A DNA stretch of 32,000 bases from Pseudoalteromonas translucida KMM 520 (GCF_001465295.1 NZ_CP011034.1:1890001-1922000), one strand, 5' to 3'; shown: positions 1-10,277, counted from the first letter of the stretch. Notes: a model not told the origin generated them from the sequence alone. Translations and numbers: made by a program.

Positions 1-276
1 TTGTGGGCGCGGAGTAACTGTACCCACCTCAACAAAACCAAAGCCCATTTGTGCAAATGCAGTAATACACTCTGCATTTTTATCAAGCCCTGCAGCAAGA
101 CCAACGGGGTTTTTAAGTTCTAAGCCCAAAAAGTTAACTGGTTTATTCACAATACTTTGTGACCAAGCAGCACTTAATGGTGTATTAGCAAAACGACTTA
201 AATTATTAAGAGCGAACTCATGCGCCCACTCCGCATCACGGGTAAACATAAAACGGCGAGCTAAATCGTAAAACAT
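1..276 (-). CDS. pyrD: Dihydroorotate dehydrogenase (quinone), N-terminal 92 codons; the gene runs off the window start
   Basis: Not in the ORF track because it is truncated. My translation of the reverse strand from ATG at 276-274 gives [29 protein letters not shown]...[39 protein letters not shown]. This is colinear with the E. coli PyrD N-terminus ([12 protein letters not shown]...[15 protein letters not shown]). A GAGGA Shine-Dalgarno lies 8 nt upstream. Confidence 0.9.
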   Translation of the reverse strand, partial: MFYDLARRFMFTRDAEWAHEFALNNLSRFANTPLSAAWSQSIVNKPVNFLGLELKNPVGLAAGLDKNAECITAFAQMGFGFVEVGTVTPRPQ

Positions 277-301
277 GAATATAATCCTCTTAAAATGCAG
301 A

Positions 302-333
302 CAAAAAAATACCTCAGACCAGGCCGAGGTATT
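302..333 (-). terminator. Rho-independent terminator downstream of gdhB
   Basis: The minus strand reads AATACCTC-GGCCTGGTCT-GAGGTATT followed by TTTTTGT. That is an 8-bp stem (308-315 / 326-333) with an A-run at 303-309 on the plus strand. Confidence 0.65.
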
Positions 334-354
334 GTATAACAATTTTAACCATTA

Positions 355-386
355 ACTCATTATTTTCACCAAGGAAAATAATGAGT
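355..386. repeat. Perfect 13-bp inverted repeat with a 6-nt loop, between the gdhB stop and the pyrD start
   Basis: actcattattttc (355-367) / accaag / gaaaataatgagt (374-386). The arms are exact reverse complements. It lies 28 nt downstream of the gdhB stop codon. Confidence 0.8.
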
Positions 387-413
387 AGGCATTAATTATT
401 GGTTTTTATATTA

Positions 414-3400
414 TTACACGCAGTTATGGCTTAATAACATGAGTTCACGTAGTGCTACTGAGAACTTAGCAAAATCGTGAGTTTGTGATGTTCTAAACTC
501 TGCAAGCATTTGCTTCCAACGTTGTAATAATAACTCTTGGCTATCCATCCATTGCTCAATTTGGCCATTAACATCTTTGTTATCTTCGGCAAAACCGTTT
601 AATACCACTTCTGCTAATGTACGTTGTTGCCAATCAAGCTCTTCGCGGTACGATGCACGCGCTAATGCTTGCCAATGGTTTGCTACAGGTTGCTTAGTAA
701 TTTGCTCTAAGAACCAATGTAAGCCCATGTTTGCACCAAGCTTGAAGTAAGTATGCGATACAGTATCGATACTTTGTTTCGAACTTGCTGAAATTTCGGC
801 TAAATCCATAGCAGAGAACAAGCTAGATAAACCAATAATGCGATTAGCGAGTTCTGCTGGCACACCACTTTGTGTTAACTCTTGGGCAGCTGCCACTAAA
901 AGCTCGCCTTCTTTATCAACCATATACGTTGTTAAATTAGCACTTAAATCTGCAAATGTTGGCGCAAAAAATTCAACTGTTTGGGTAATTGTTTGTGCTT
1001 TGTTGCGATGACGTAAGAACCAACGTGTTACACGACGAACCGTGCGACGTAATTGGTATAGCATTTCGGTTTGTACAGCAGCCGGAATTTTATTATCAAG
1101 TGCAACAACCGAGGCCCAGGTATCGCTCATTTGGAACAACTCGCTGGCAATTGAATAACATAAAGCAATTTCAGCTTCATTTGCACCGGTTTCTTCATGC
1201 ATACGCACCATGAAGTTAAGGCCCATGTCGTTAACAATTTGATTCGCCAGTTTAGTGGCAATAATTTCTTTACGAAGTGGGTGATTATCCATCGCTTCGT
1301 TAAACTTCTCACGCAGTGGTAACGGGAACGAATTAACTAACAATTGACGATAATATGGGTTTTCCGTGATTTCATCTGTAACAAACGACTCTTTAAGTAC
1401 CATTTTAGAGTACGACACTAAAATCGCTAACTCTGGACGTGTTAAGTCTTTGCCAGCAGCTGCACGTTCTGCTAATTCTTCATCACTTGGGATAAACTCA
1501 ATCGCACGATTTAGCTTGCCATCTTTTTCAAGGGCATGAATAAAGCGAATTTTCTCTTTAAGCGTTGATGAGCCTTTAGATTGAGTAATTGAAATTGTGT
1601 GTGTTTGACGATAACAATCATTCAATACCAGCTTAGATACTTCGTCTGTCATAGCGTATAAAAGTTCATCACGTTGCTTGCGCGTTAAATCACCAGAGGT
1701 AACTAAGCCATTAAGTAAAATCTTAATATTAACTTCGTTATCTGAACAGGTAACGCCACCTACGTTATCAATAAAGTCAGTATTAACACGGCCGCCTTTC
1801 GCTGCAAATTCAATACGTCCTAACTGAGTTGCACCTAAGTTACCACCCTCGCCAAATACTTTAGCACCCAGCTCGCCACCGTTAATACGCAGAGCATCGT
1901 TTGCACGATCCCCTACATCGGCGTCAGTTTCTTTGCTGCTCTTAACATAAGTACCAATACCACCATTCCACAATAGATCGTAATCCATCATTAATGTAGC
2001 TTTGATCAGCTCAGTTGGTGTCATGCTAGCTTTTTTAGTGCCTAACATTTTTTTCATTTCTGGGCTTAGTGTAATCGACTTAGCCGCACGAGAGAAAACA
2101 CCACCACCGGCAGAAATTAAATCTTTATTAAAGTCTTCCCACGATGAACGCGGTAATTTAAATAAACGTTCACGCTCAGGATACGTTGCTGCGGCATCTG
2201 GTGTCGGGTCAACAAAAATATGCATGTGGTTAAATGCAACTTGTAAACGAGTATGTTTAGATAACAACATACCATTACCAAATACATCCCCTGCCATATC
2301 GCCAATAGCTACCACGGTAAAATCGGTTGTTTGACAATCAATATCCATTTCACGGAAATGACGTTTAACTGATTCCCACGCGCCACGTGCTGTAATACCC
2401 ATTTTCTTATGGTCATAACCCACTGAACCACCTGATGCAAATGCATCACCTAGCCAAAAGTTATATTCATTTGCAATGCCATTAGCAATATCAGAGAAAG
2501 TTGCAGTACCTTTATCGGCTGCTACAACTAAATAAGCATCATCGCCATCGTGGCGAGTTACATCTACAGGCGCAACAATCTCACCTTGTACAATATTATC
2601 TGTGATATCTAACAAACCACGGATAAAGATTTTGTAACATTCTTGGCCTTCTTTTAAGAATGCTTCACGCTCAGTTGGCAATTGTTTACAAACAAAACCG
2701 CCTTTAGAGCCTACTGGTACAATTACCGCATTTTTCACTTGTTGTGCTTTAACTAAGCCAAGTACTTCAGTACGGAAATCTTCACGACGATCTGACCAAC
2801 GCAAGCCACCACGTGCAACACTACCGTATCGTAAATGCACACCTTCAATACGCGGCGAGTATACAAAAATTTCAAATGCCGGTAATGGTAATGGTACACC
2901 AGGAATTAAGCTTGGCTTAATTTTAAACGATACATACGATTTAAATTGGCCATTGTTATCTTTTTGGAAGAAGCTAGTACGCAGTGTTGCCACTATCATA
3001 TCAACGTATAAGCGAATAATACGGTCATCATCAAGATTGGCTACGTTTTCAAGTTCTAAATATATTTCTGTACTAAGCTTTTCAAGTGTTTTTTCACTTG
3101 CAGGGCTTTTAACTGAGAATTTTTTAGTAAACAAGTTAACAATTTTTGCTGCAATGTGTGGATAATTTGCAAAAGTGCCTTCAATGTAAGCTTGTGAGAA
3201 AGTAACCCCAATTTGGCGCATGTATTTAGCGTACGCACGTAATATTGACGCTTCACGCCCCGTAAGACCGCCCATTAATACTAAACGGTTAAAACCGTCG
3301 TTTTCTAAGCGGTTATTCCACACACTGGTTAACGCAGCGCGAAAACGTGCTGAGATTTTATCAAAATCTGCCATCCCTTTGCTATCAATTAGCATAGAGA

Positions 3401-5243
3401 AATCCATGATCCAATTAATGCTACCATCGCTAGTTTTAACTGAATAAGGTGTTTCGCCAACAACACGTAAGCCAAAGTTTTCAAGCATCGGCATTACATC
3501 AGATAAGTGAATAGGCTCATCTTTATGAAATAAGCTTAAACGCACAACATTGCTGTTAGCTTCTTCTTGCGGGCGATAAAATAACATTTCAAGTTTGTTG
3601 TCATCGTTAAGCATTTCTAGCTTTTCAATATCAACAACAGCTGCACTTGGTAATACTTCATCTTTGTATGAGCGAGCAAATGCTTGAGCATACTTACGGT
3701 TTAATTCATTACCGCGTGCTTCGCCAGCTTGTTCTAGTAAGGCTGATTGTAATTTATCTTCCCAAGTACGGGCTGCTTCAACTAAATTATTTTCAATGTC
3801 TTTCACTTTATACTCTATATTATTATCAGTCACACGCACGGTATAATGAGTACGTGCCAGTGTTGACTCTGAGAAATAGGTTGTAAATTCGACTTTTTCA
3901 TCAGAATTAAATGCATTTGCTAAAATATTTTGCGTTTCATGACGCAGTGCCGTGTTATAGCGCTCACGTGGTACATAAACCATACATGAGAAAAAACGTC
4001 CATACGCATCTTTACGTACAAACAAGCGACACATATCACGCTCTTGTACTTGCAACACGCCCATTGCAACTTCTAATAATTCACTTTCGCGGGCTTGTAC
4101 GAGTTCATCACGTGGGTAGGTTTCTAAAATATTAAGCACTGCTTTATAAGCATGAGTGCCTTTGGCAAAGTCACACATTTGCATAATGCGGTCAATTTTA
4201 CTTTTAAGAACCGGTACGTCTGCCGCACTGTAGTTATAAAAGTTTGACGAGAACAAGCCAATAAAGCGATCCTCACCAATAACATTGCCTTTATCATCAA
4301 AACGTTTTACACCAACATAGTCGATATAAGCCGGACGATGTACACGTGATAATGAATTAGTTTTGGTTAAAATCAGCAGGTTACTACTACGTGCATCTTG
4401 GCGAGCGGCTTCTGGTAATTCAGAAAGTAGACGAGTGTGTTCTACACCGGCATTTTTCATCAAACCTAAACTGGTTTCCATTACGCCTTTTAACTCGTAA
4501 TCACCCTGTATTGGCGATAACTCATATTGGCGATAGCCCATTAGGGTAAAGTTGTCTTTAACTAACCAGTCTAAAAACTCAACCGTTTCATCTACTTCAG
4601 CATTATTTTTGCCAGCATGGCGTTTTGGTAGCTCTTGACTAACTGCAATTAGCTTTTCGCGAATTGGCTGCCAGTCTTCTACCGCTACCGACACATCTGT
4701 AAGTACAGACTCTAACTCTTGTTTGAAAGACTCAATCACAGCTGAATCTGTTTGACGGTCAATTTCAATAAAGAATACTGTTTTGGTCGAGGTTGATTCT
4801 TGCTCTGCTTTTAAACCAGATAAACCTGAGATTTTGTCATTTTCATCTCGTTGGATTTTAAGCGGGCTGTGTAGTAATAAGTGAGAGGCAATATTTTCAC
4901 GAGTCATGGCCATACGTACTGAATCAACTAAAAACGGCATGTCTTTAGCTATAATCTCAACAATGGTATGCGATGACTGCCAACCATCTTTTGCCACTTC
5001 TGGGTTGAAAACGCGAATAACCGCGTCATCAGACGTGTTCTTTTCTAGCGAATTCCAAAGGCTTAGTGCAGCACCATATAAGTCACTATCGTTACGATTA
5101 GCCAAATCCTCTTTAGACATATTGCTGTACAAGGCTTTGGCGAATTTTTCAACGAGTAACACATTATCAGCGCGAACTTTTTTGTGGATAAGCTTACAAA
5201 CATTATCTAAAATAACTGAGGCTTGACCTTCATTTCGTGTCAT
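414..5243 (-). CDS. gdhB: NAD-specific glutamate dehydrogenase, large (about 180 kDa) bacterial GDH class
   Basis: 1609-aa ORF, the size typical of the large NAD-GDH family. It contains the conserved catalytic-core stretch GGLRWSDRREDFRTEVLGLVKAQQVKNAVIVPVGSKGGF. AAGGAA SD lies 6 nt upstream of the ATG. Confidence 0.9.
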   Translation of the reverse strand: MTRNEGQASVILDNVCKLIHKKVRADNVLLVEKFAKALYSNMSKEDLANRNDSDLYGAALSLWNSLEKNTSDDAVIRVFNPEVAKDGWQSSHTIVEIIAKDMPFLVDSVRMAMTRENIASHLLLHSPLKIQRDENDKISGLSGLKAEQESTSTKTVFFIEIDRQTDSAVIESFKQELESVLTDVSVAVEDWQPIREKLIAVSQELPKRHAGKNNAEVDETVEFLDWLVKDNFTLMGYRQYELSPIQGDYELKGVMETSLGLMKNAGVEHTRLLSELPEAARQDARSSNLLILTKTNSLSRVHRPAYIDYVGVKRFDDKGNVIGEDRFIGLFSSNFYNYSAADVPVLKSKIDRIMQMCDFAKGTHAYKAVLNILETYPRDELVQARESELLEVAMGVLQVQERDMCRLFVRKDAYGRFFSCMVYVPRERYNTALRHETQNILANAFNSDEKVEFTTYFSESTLARTHYTVRVTDNNIEYKVKDIENNLVEAARTWEDKLQSALLEQAGEARGNELNRKYAQAFARSYKDEVLPSAAVVDIEKLEMLNDDNKLEMLFYRPQEEANSNVVRLSLFHKDEPIHLSDVMPMLENFGLRVVGETPYSVKTSDGSINWIMDFSMLIDSKGMADFDKISARFRAALTSVWNNRLENDGFNRLVLMGGLTGREASILRAYAKYMRQIGVTFSQAYIEGTFANYPHIAAKIVNLFTKKFSVKSPASEKTLEKLSTEIYLELENVANLDDDRIIRLYVDMIVATLRTSFFQKDNNGQFKSYVSFKIKPSLIPGVPLPLPAFEIFVYSPRIEGVHLRYGSVARGGLRWSDRREDFRTEVLGLVKAQQVKNAVIVPVGSKGGFVCKQLPTEREAFLKEGQECYKIFIRGLLDITDNIVQGEIVAPVDVTRHDGDDAYLVVAADKGTATFSDIANGIANEYNFWLGDAFASGGSVGYDHKKMGITARGAWESVKRHFREMDIDCQTTDFTVVAIGDMAGDVFGNGMLLSKHTRLQVAFNHMHIFVDPTPDAAATYPERERLFKLPRSSWEDFNKDLISAGGGVFSRAAKSITLSPEMKKMLGTKKASMTPTELIKATLMMDYDLLWNGGIGTYVKSSKETDADVGDRANDALRINGGELGAKVFGEGGNLGATQLGRIEFAAKGGRVNTDFIDNVGGVTCSDNEVNIKILLNGLVTSGDLTRKQRDELLYAMTDEVSKLVLNDCYRQTHTISITQSKGSSTLKEKIRFIHALEKDGKLNRAIEFIPSDEELAERAAAGKDLTRPELAILVSYSKMVLKESFVTDEITENPYYRQLLVNSFPLPLREKFNEAMDNHPLRKEIIATKLANQIVNDMGLNFMVRMHEETGANEAEIALCYSIASELFQMSDTWASVVALDNKIPAAVQTEMLYQLRRTVRRVTRWFLRHRNKAQTITQTVEFFAPTFADLSANLTTYMVDKEGELLVAAAQELTQSGVPAELANRIIGLSSLFSAMDLAEISASSKQSIDTVSHTYFKLGANMGLHWFLEQITKQPVANHWQALARASYREELDWQQRTLAEVVLNGFAEDNKDVNGQIEQWMDSQELLLQRWKQMLAEFRTSQTHDFAKFSVALRELMLLSHNCV

Positions 5244-5411
5244 TGTTTATTCCTTAAATCTATTACTGCTTAATAGCAGAATATTTGTACAGCATTTATT
5301 AGCGTGGAGTCGAGCAAATTCTAACTCGTTTACAACTAATAAACAGCCTTTTACGATGAAAACATTTTAGCTTTTCAGCTATTTGGTCATCTATTCACAA
5401 ATTATAGATAT

Positions 5412-5433
5412 AAATGGCCTTTACAGGCCATTT
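5412..5433 (-). terminator. Hairpin downstream of the RND gene (weak U-tract)
   Basis: aaatggcct / ttac / aggccattt, a 9-bp perfect stem 20 nt after the stop at 5453. The trailing sequence on the minus strand, ATATCTATAATTTG, is only moderately U-rich. Confidence 0.45.
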
Positions 5434-5452
5434 AGGAGCAAACTTATTCACT

Positions 5453-7774
5453 TTATTTTTTCTGGTCAGTCCAGAGCAAGCTACCAATTGCTGGTAAAAG
5501 CAGCACTGCACCCAGCATATTTACTAAAAACATGAAGGTAAGCAAAATTCCCATATCAACTTGAAATTTCAAATCAGAGAAAATCCAAGTACTCACGCCA
5601 ATGGCAAGTGTAATACCGGTAAATAATACCGCACTACCGCGCTCAATTAACGCATTTCGATAAGCCACACTCAGCGGTACATTTTGCTTTAACTGCCCCA
5701 TCATCGACGACAATATATAAATACCATAATCAACGCCAATACCCACACCTAATGCAATAACTGGCAGTGTAGATACGGTTAAGCCAATTTCCAGCTGTAC
5801 CATTAGTGCTTGTGCAAGAGTAGATACTACATACAGAGGTAACACTACTGCAATGGTTGCTTTTACGCTTCTAAAGCTTAGCAAACACAAAACAATTACA
5901 GCGCCGTAAACATACAGCATCATCGGAATTTGCGCCGCTGACACTGACTCGTTTGTGGCCGCCATTACCCCTACTGGGCCTGATGCGAGTTTAAACGCAA
6001 CTTTATCTGTACCCTCTTCTTGTGCAAAGCGTTTAACACTTTCAATTACAAGGTCAATTGTTTGCGCTTTATGATCATCTAAAAAGATAATCACTGGCAT
6101 CACTGAGCAATCGCCGTTGAGTAACCCTGTACTGGTTTCTACCCGCGAGGTAGATTGTACTAAGCTTGCAGAGTTACGTGGTAGGCTTTGCCATTTAAGG
6201 TTACCTTCGTTATAACCTGCGTTTACCGACTGCGCTACCGAGCTTAAGCTTACCGCAGACTGCACTCCTGCTACGTTTTCTACTTTGTACTGAAAGCGGC
6301 TAATACGCTCCATCACATCATGCTCTGTACACGCTGCAGGATACGCTTCTACAATTACCTTTAAGATATCAGACGAGATAGTGTATTTGTCTGAGATTAA
6401 AAATGTGTCTTGGTTATAGCGTGCATCTTGGTGCAATGATGGTGCGCCAGCATGTAAGTCTCCAATACGCATTTTATCTGCTTGCCAATAACCAAGTGCA
6501 AATAACACTAAAGTAAAAGCAATTATCATTTTAGCAATTTTAGGATCGGTGGCTTTAACCAATAAATCTCTAATTGCATCAAGCATATTTGGTTTTTTAG
6601 CATCACCTGATTGAATATGTACACTATTTTCAAAGTGCATATACGACGCCCATACAGGGAGTAAAATCAGGTTAGTAAATATAATTACCGCAACACCTAA
6701 ACTAGCGGTTATTGCAAGCTCTCTAATAATACCAATATCAATGGTTAGCAGAGTTAAAAAGCCAACCGTATCCGATAGCAATGCAATGCCGCCTGGGATC
6801 AATAATACCCTAAAGCTTGACTGACAACATTCTCGCGTACTTTTACCCTCGCCTACTTTTTTACCTATTGCGTTAATCATCTGCACGCCATGGCTCACAC
6901 CAATTGCAAACACTAAAAAAGGCACCAAAATAGACATAGGATCTAAGCCAAAGCCTAAACTCGACAGTAGCCCTAATTGCCAAATAACAGCAATGAACGA
7001 ACACATTATAGGTAAAATAGTCAGCTTTAAACTGCCACAAAATAGCCAAACCATAATAAAGGTAAAGGCAATCGCGATGGCAAAAAATACCACCACACCT
7101 TTTGCACCTTCGGCTATATCACCAGCCATTTTAGCAAAACCAATTATATGAATACTCACCTTATCGGTGCTTAGCGGTTCACGCAGTTGTGTTTCGAGTT
7201 TTTGCGCAAATGCTAAAGTATCAAGCTTTTCTTGGGTTTGCGGATCGGTTTCCATTAATTGCGCTGTCACCATCGCACACGAATAGTCACTGGCAATCAT
7301 ACGCCCAACTACTTTCGCTTTTTCGATATTTTCTTTAACGACCCCTAAGCCTTGTTTATCGGCTTTAAAATTAGCAGGAATTATTGGCCCACCGGCAAAA
7401 CCATCTTCAACTACTTCAACAAACCGAGCGCTGGGTGAAAATATTGAATTCACTAAAGGCCGATTAACCCCAGGAATGAAATATAGCTGGTCGTGTACCG
7501 CTTTTAATTGGATAAAAAATTCAGGATTAAAAATATCGCCGCTGTCGTCGCACACCGAAATTAAAATACTGTTAGCGCCACCAAACTGCTTTTCGTGTTT
7601 GGTGTATACCTTCATATAATCGTGGTTTAACGGAATATTTTTATTAAACGAAGCATCAAGTTGAATTTGTGTCGCTTTAAATGCCAATAAACAGGTTATA
7701 AGCACAAAGCTTATAAGCATAATTAAGCGATGTTTAAATATCGCATTTTCTATAAAGTCTAAAATCTTATGCAT
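5453..7774 (-). CDS. RND-superfamily transporter, MMPL/HpnN-like (the 'predicted exporter' type), 773 aa
   Basis: The layout is an N-terminal TM, a large periplasmic loop, a TM bundle, a second large loop and a second TM bundle. It is much shorter than AcrB-type RND pumps. No membrane-fusion or TolC-like gene is adjacent. The start ATG overlaps the upstream stop (TAATG at 7774). Confidence 0.8.
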   Translation of the reverse strand: MHKILDFIENAIFKHRLIMLISFVLITCLLAFKATQIQLDASFNKNIPLNHDYMKVYTKHEKQFGGANSILISVCDDSGDIFNPEFFIQLKAVHDQLYFIPGVNRPLVNSIFSPSARFVEVVEDGFAGGPIIPANFKADKQGLGVVKENIEKAKVVGRMIASDYSCAMVTAQLMETDPQTQEKLDTLAFAQKLETQLREPLSTDKVSIHIIGFAKMAGDIAEGAKGVVVFFAIAIAFTFIMVWLFCGSLKLTILPIMCSFIAVIWQLGLLSSLGFGLDPMSILVPFLVFAIGVSHGVQMINAIGKKVGEGKSTRECCQSSFRVLLIPGGIALLSDTVGFLTLLTIDIGIIRELAITASLGVAVIIFTNLILLPVWASYMHFENSVHIQSGDAKKPNMLDAIRDLLVKATDPKIAKMIIAFTLVLFALGYWQADKMRIGDLHAGAPSLHQDARYNQDTFLISDKYTISSDILKVIVEAYPAACTEHDVMERISRFQYKVENVAGVQSAVSLSSVAQSVNAGYNEGNLKWQSLPRNSASLVQSTSRVETSTGLLNGDCSVMPVIIFLDDHKAQTIDLVIESVKRFAQEEGTDKVAFKLASGPVGVMAATNESVSAAQIPMMLYVYGAVIVLCLLSFRSVKATIAVVLPLYVVSTLAQALMVQLEIGLTVSTLPVIALGVGIGVDYGIYILSSMMGQLKQNVPLSVAYRNALIERGSAVLFTGITLAIGVSTWIFSDLKFQVDMGILLTFMFLVNMLGAVLLLPAIGSLLWTDQKK

Positions 7775-8769
7775 TAAGGGGTCAACTCCTTCACTTTAAT
7801 GCCATCTTCTGTTGCCATGATTAGTTTATTATTTAAAATCACACCATCTAGAATTGCTTTACCATCGGCCAACTGTTCATGCGTGAGCTCAGCGTTTTGC
7901 AAATGAAAAATCACGCCGCTATTGGCCAACATTAGCCATTGTTCATTATTGTAATTTATGATGTTGTTAATCGTTGCTGTTTTATTATTATCAAGGTGCT
8001 GCCAATTTTGATCACCTTGCTGGCGAGTAAAAACATTGCCTCGTAATCCTGCCACTATCTCTTGCTGCGCATTGGCGCTAAATGCAAAAAAAGATCCTGG
8101 GTAAATTTCGTCAACTCGCTGCCATGTTAAGCCTGCATCGGTGCTTTTTGCCATTAAGCCCATTTCACCCACTAACATTAAGCCGTTAGGTGTTTGCTCT
8201 ATGCGGTTAAAGTGCGGCAAAATTGAGGCTGTTTCTGCTTCATAACCTTCTGGGTCATGTTCTTTTAAATCACTTAAATATTCTCTATCGTCACTAAATA
8301 ATAGCGAGTCTAAAAAACGTTTTTGCCAATGCTTACCACCGTCACTGGTTTGATAAAACATGCCATAAGCCCCGACAGCATAACCATGTAGCTCATCTTT
8401 AAATAAAATATCTAAACACGGTTTATCTACCTCTGGCTTAGCTTGTTGTAAATGCCACGTTTTACCACCGTTTGTAGTATTTATTATTGTTGCATCGTGC
8501 CCACAGGCCCAGCCATTATTTTCATTAGTAAAATCAACCGCAGTTAACAATACTTGGGTCGGCACCGACTCTGCTTGTTGCCAATCAATACCATTAATAC
8601 TTGTAATTACAGTGCCATGCTTACCAACAGCCACTAAACCCGCTTTAGTTTGGGTAATATCAGTCAATAACGTTTTATCGGCGTTTATTGCACTAATAGC
8701 AAATTGAGGAGCTTCTTGTGCAACACTCGCACCACTGAGGATCAGGCTGGCATATACCAAATACTTCAT
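7774..8769 (-). CDS. Secreted BNR/Asp-box repeat beta-propeller protein (Ycf48-like, photosystem II stability/assembly-factor-like fold)
   Basis: N-terminal signal peptide MKYLVYASLILSGASVAQE. Repeated Asp-box motifs TNGGKTW, SDGGKHW and STDAGLTW. 331 aa. Confidence 0.75.
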   Translation of the reverse strand: MKYLVYASLILSGASVAQEAPQFAISAINADKTLLTDITQTKAGLVAVGKHGTVITSINGIDWQQAESVPTQVLLTAVDFTNENNGWACGHDATIINTTNGGKTWHLQQAKPEVDKPCLDILFKDELHGYAVGAYGMFYQTSDGGKHWQKRFLDSLLFSDDREYLSDLKEHDPEGYEAETASILPHFNRIEQTPNGLMLVGEMGLMAKSTDAGLTWQRVDEIYPGSFFAFSANAQQEIVAGLRGNVFTRQQGDQNWQHLDNNKTATINNIINYNNEQWLMLANSGVIFHLQNAELTHEQLADGKAILDGVILNNKLIMATEDGIKVKELTP

Positions 8770-8854
8770 AAATTTAAATCGCCTTGAACTGGGGAATTGT
8801 TTGTCTATTTAGGTGAGGAAAAGCCCTGCGTGTCAAAAAGACAAACGCGATGAG

Positions 8855-8891
8855 AAAGGAAAAAGGCACCTAACCAATCGGTTAGGTGCCT
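8855..8891 (-). terminator. Strong intra-cluster hairpin/terminator between the DUF1329-like and BNR genes
   Basis: aggcacctaacc (8864-8875) / aatc / ggttaggtgcct (8880-8891), a 12-bp perfect stem. On the minus strand it is followed by TTTTTCCTTTCTC. It starts 9 nt after the stop at 8900. Confidence 0.6.
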
Positions 8892-8899
8892 ACTATTAA

Positions 8900-10264
8900 C
8901 TATCTACCTTCGCGACGTAATGCGCTTGATGTAAACTCATTGTCGTTAAACGACTGAGAAAAATCATACATTTTGTGCTGGTTATCTAAACCAATTGCTA
9001 AGTAACGACGAGAGTTTAAATCGTGATAAACCTCTAACGTACTCCACTGCGTTGGTACTTCATAGTAGTTAAGGCCATAAGCCATAGCTACACGATAAAG
9101 TTGGTCACGGTTATCATAAATATCGGTAACCTGTACTTGCCAACTATCTTCATCAATATAAAACACACGTTTTTTATAAATATGGCGCGTATCATCTTTT
9201 AAGTTAGCTTCAACCACCCATACACGGTGCTTTTCGTAGCGTGTATGCTCAGGGTTAATATGTCCTGGCATTAAAATATCATCATACTGAAGTTTATCGC
9301 TGTGTAGCTTATAACTATTGTATGGAATATAAAGCTCTTGCTTACCTTTTAATGTCCAGGTGTAACGATTTGGTGAACCGTTAAACATGTCAAAGTCATC
9401 AGTAGTACGTAAGCTATCAGCTGCTGTACCTGGTGCATCATAAGCAACGTTAGGTGCACGACGAACACGACGTTGACCACTGTTGTAGGTCCATGCTTGG
9501 CGTGGCGTTAATATTTGGTCCATGGTTTCATGCACTAATAACGCAGTACCCGCTAGACGTGCCGGCTCAGTCACTTTTTGTTTAAACTTAAACAAAATAT
9601 TTGAGTCTTGCAGTTGCGCAGGTGTAGCACTTGGATCTGAGTATTTAACTAATAGCTGCTCATCAAAACCAACATAGTTATACGAACCCGAAGCGGTAGG
9701 TGCTGCTTGGCCGCCAAAACGCTCAATAGACTGACCACGGTAACGTAGCAAGTGATTCCAAATTGCCTCTAAACCTGTTTTAGGAATAGGGAATGGAATG
9801 CCAATGGCAGTACTTTTAATCCCATTACCGCCTTCAATTAACTCTGCAGTAGCAGCAAATTGCTTTGTTGCATCGTACACAAATTGTGGGTACGAAGCAG
9901 AGCGACGAGTTGCATATACTGGCATTTTAAAGGTATCAGGATACGCTTCAAATAACGCTATTTGACCAGGGCTTAAGTTCGCTTTATATTTTTCAATATT
10001 GCTTTTATCAATAGTAAACAACACTTTATCCGTATTAAACGGGTCTAAGTGATGCATACCTGCTTTATAACCTGCCGGTGCTGCGGTAATACCACCATTC
10101 CACGCAGGAATAGAACCATCTGCATTGCCTGCTTTTTGGGCGCCTAGCGGCGTTAAGTCTGCACCTAAGCGCGCAACTTCTTCGCTGCTAATTTTAGCCA
10201 AAGCAGCGTGACTTGCAAACAAGCTACAAAATGCAGTAGCAATGAGGGTAGGTTTTTTAATCAT
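8900..10264 (-). CDS. DUF1329-family periplasmic protein (outer-membrane lipoprotein-sorting / LolA-like fold family)
   Basis: 454 aa with signal peptide MIKKPTLIATAFCSLFASHAALA/K. The size, its position directly after a DUF1302-like gene and the sequence character match the family as I remember it. No HMM search was run. Confidence 0.65.
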   Translation of the reverse strand: MIKKPTLIATAFCSLFASHAALAKISSEEVARLGADLTPLGAQKAGNADGSIPAWNGGITAAPAGYKAGMHHLDPFNTDKVLFTIDKSNIEKYKANLSPGQIALFEAYPDTFKMPVYATRRSASYPQFVYDATKQFAATAELIEGGNGIKSTAIGIPFPIPKTGLEAIWNHLLRYRGQSIERFGGQAAPTASGSYNYVGFDEQLLVKYSDPSATPAQLQDSNILFKFKQKVTEPARLAGTALLVHETMDQILTPRQAWTYNSGQRRVRRAPNVAYDAPGTAADSLRTTDDFDMFNGSPNRYTWTLKGKQELYIPYNSYKLHSDKLQYDDILMPGHINPEHTRYEKHRVWVVEANLKDDTRHIYKKRVFYIDEDSWQVQVTDIYDNRDQLYRVAMAYGLNYYEVPTQWSTLEVYHDLNSRRYLAIGLDNQHKMYDFSQSFNDNEFTSSALRREGR

Positions 10265-10277
10265 AATAATATTACCC

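Noticed and set aside
989-5226. Nine 61-110-aa ORFs from the track (989..1213+, 1127..1312-, 2002..2334+, 2117..2305-, 2953..3165+, 3056..3256-, 3220..3447+, 3647..3886+, 3911..4135+, 4906..5226+) lying inside gdhB
   Set aside because: All are fully embedded, antisense or out of frame, in a 1609-aa ORF whose family identity is unambiguous. None has a Shine-Dalgarno, and their compositions (Leu/Ser/Arg/Cys-rich) are typical of shadow frames.
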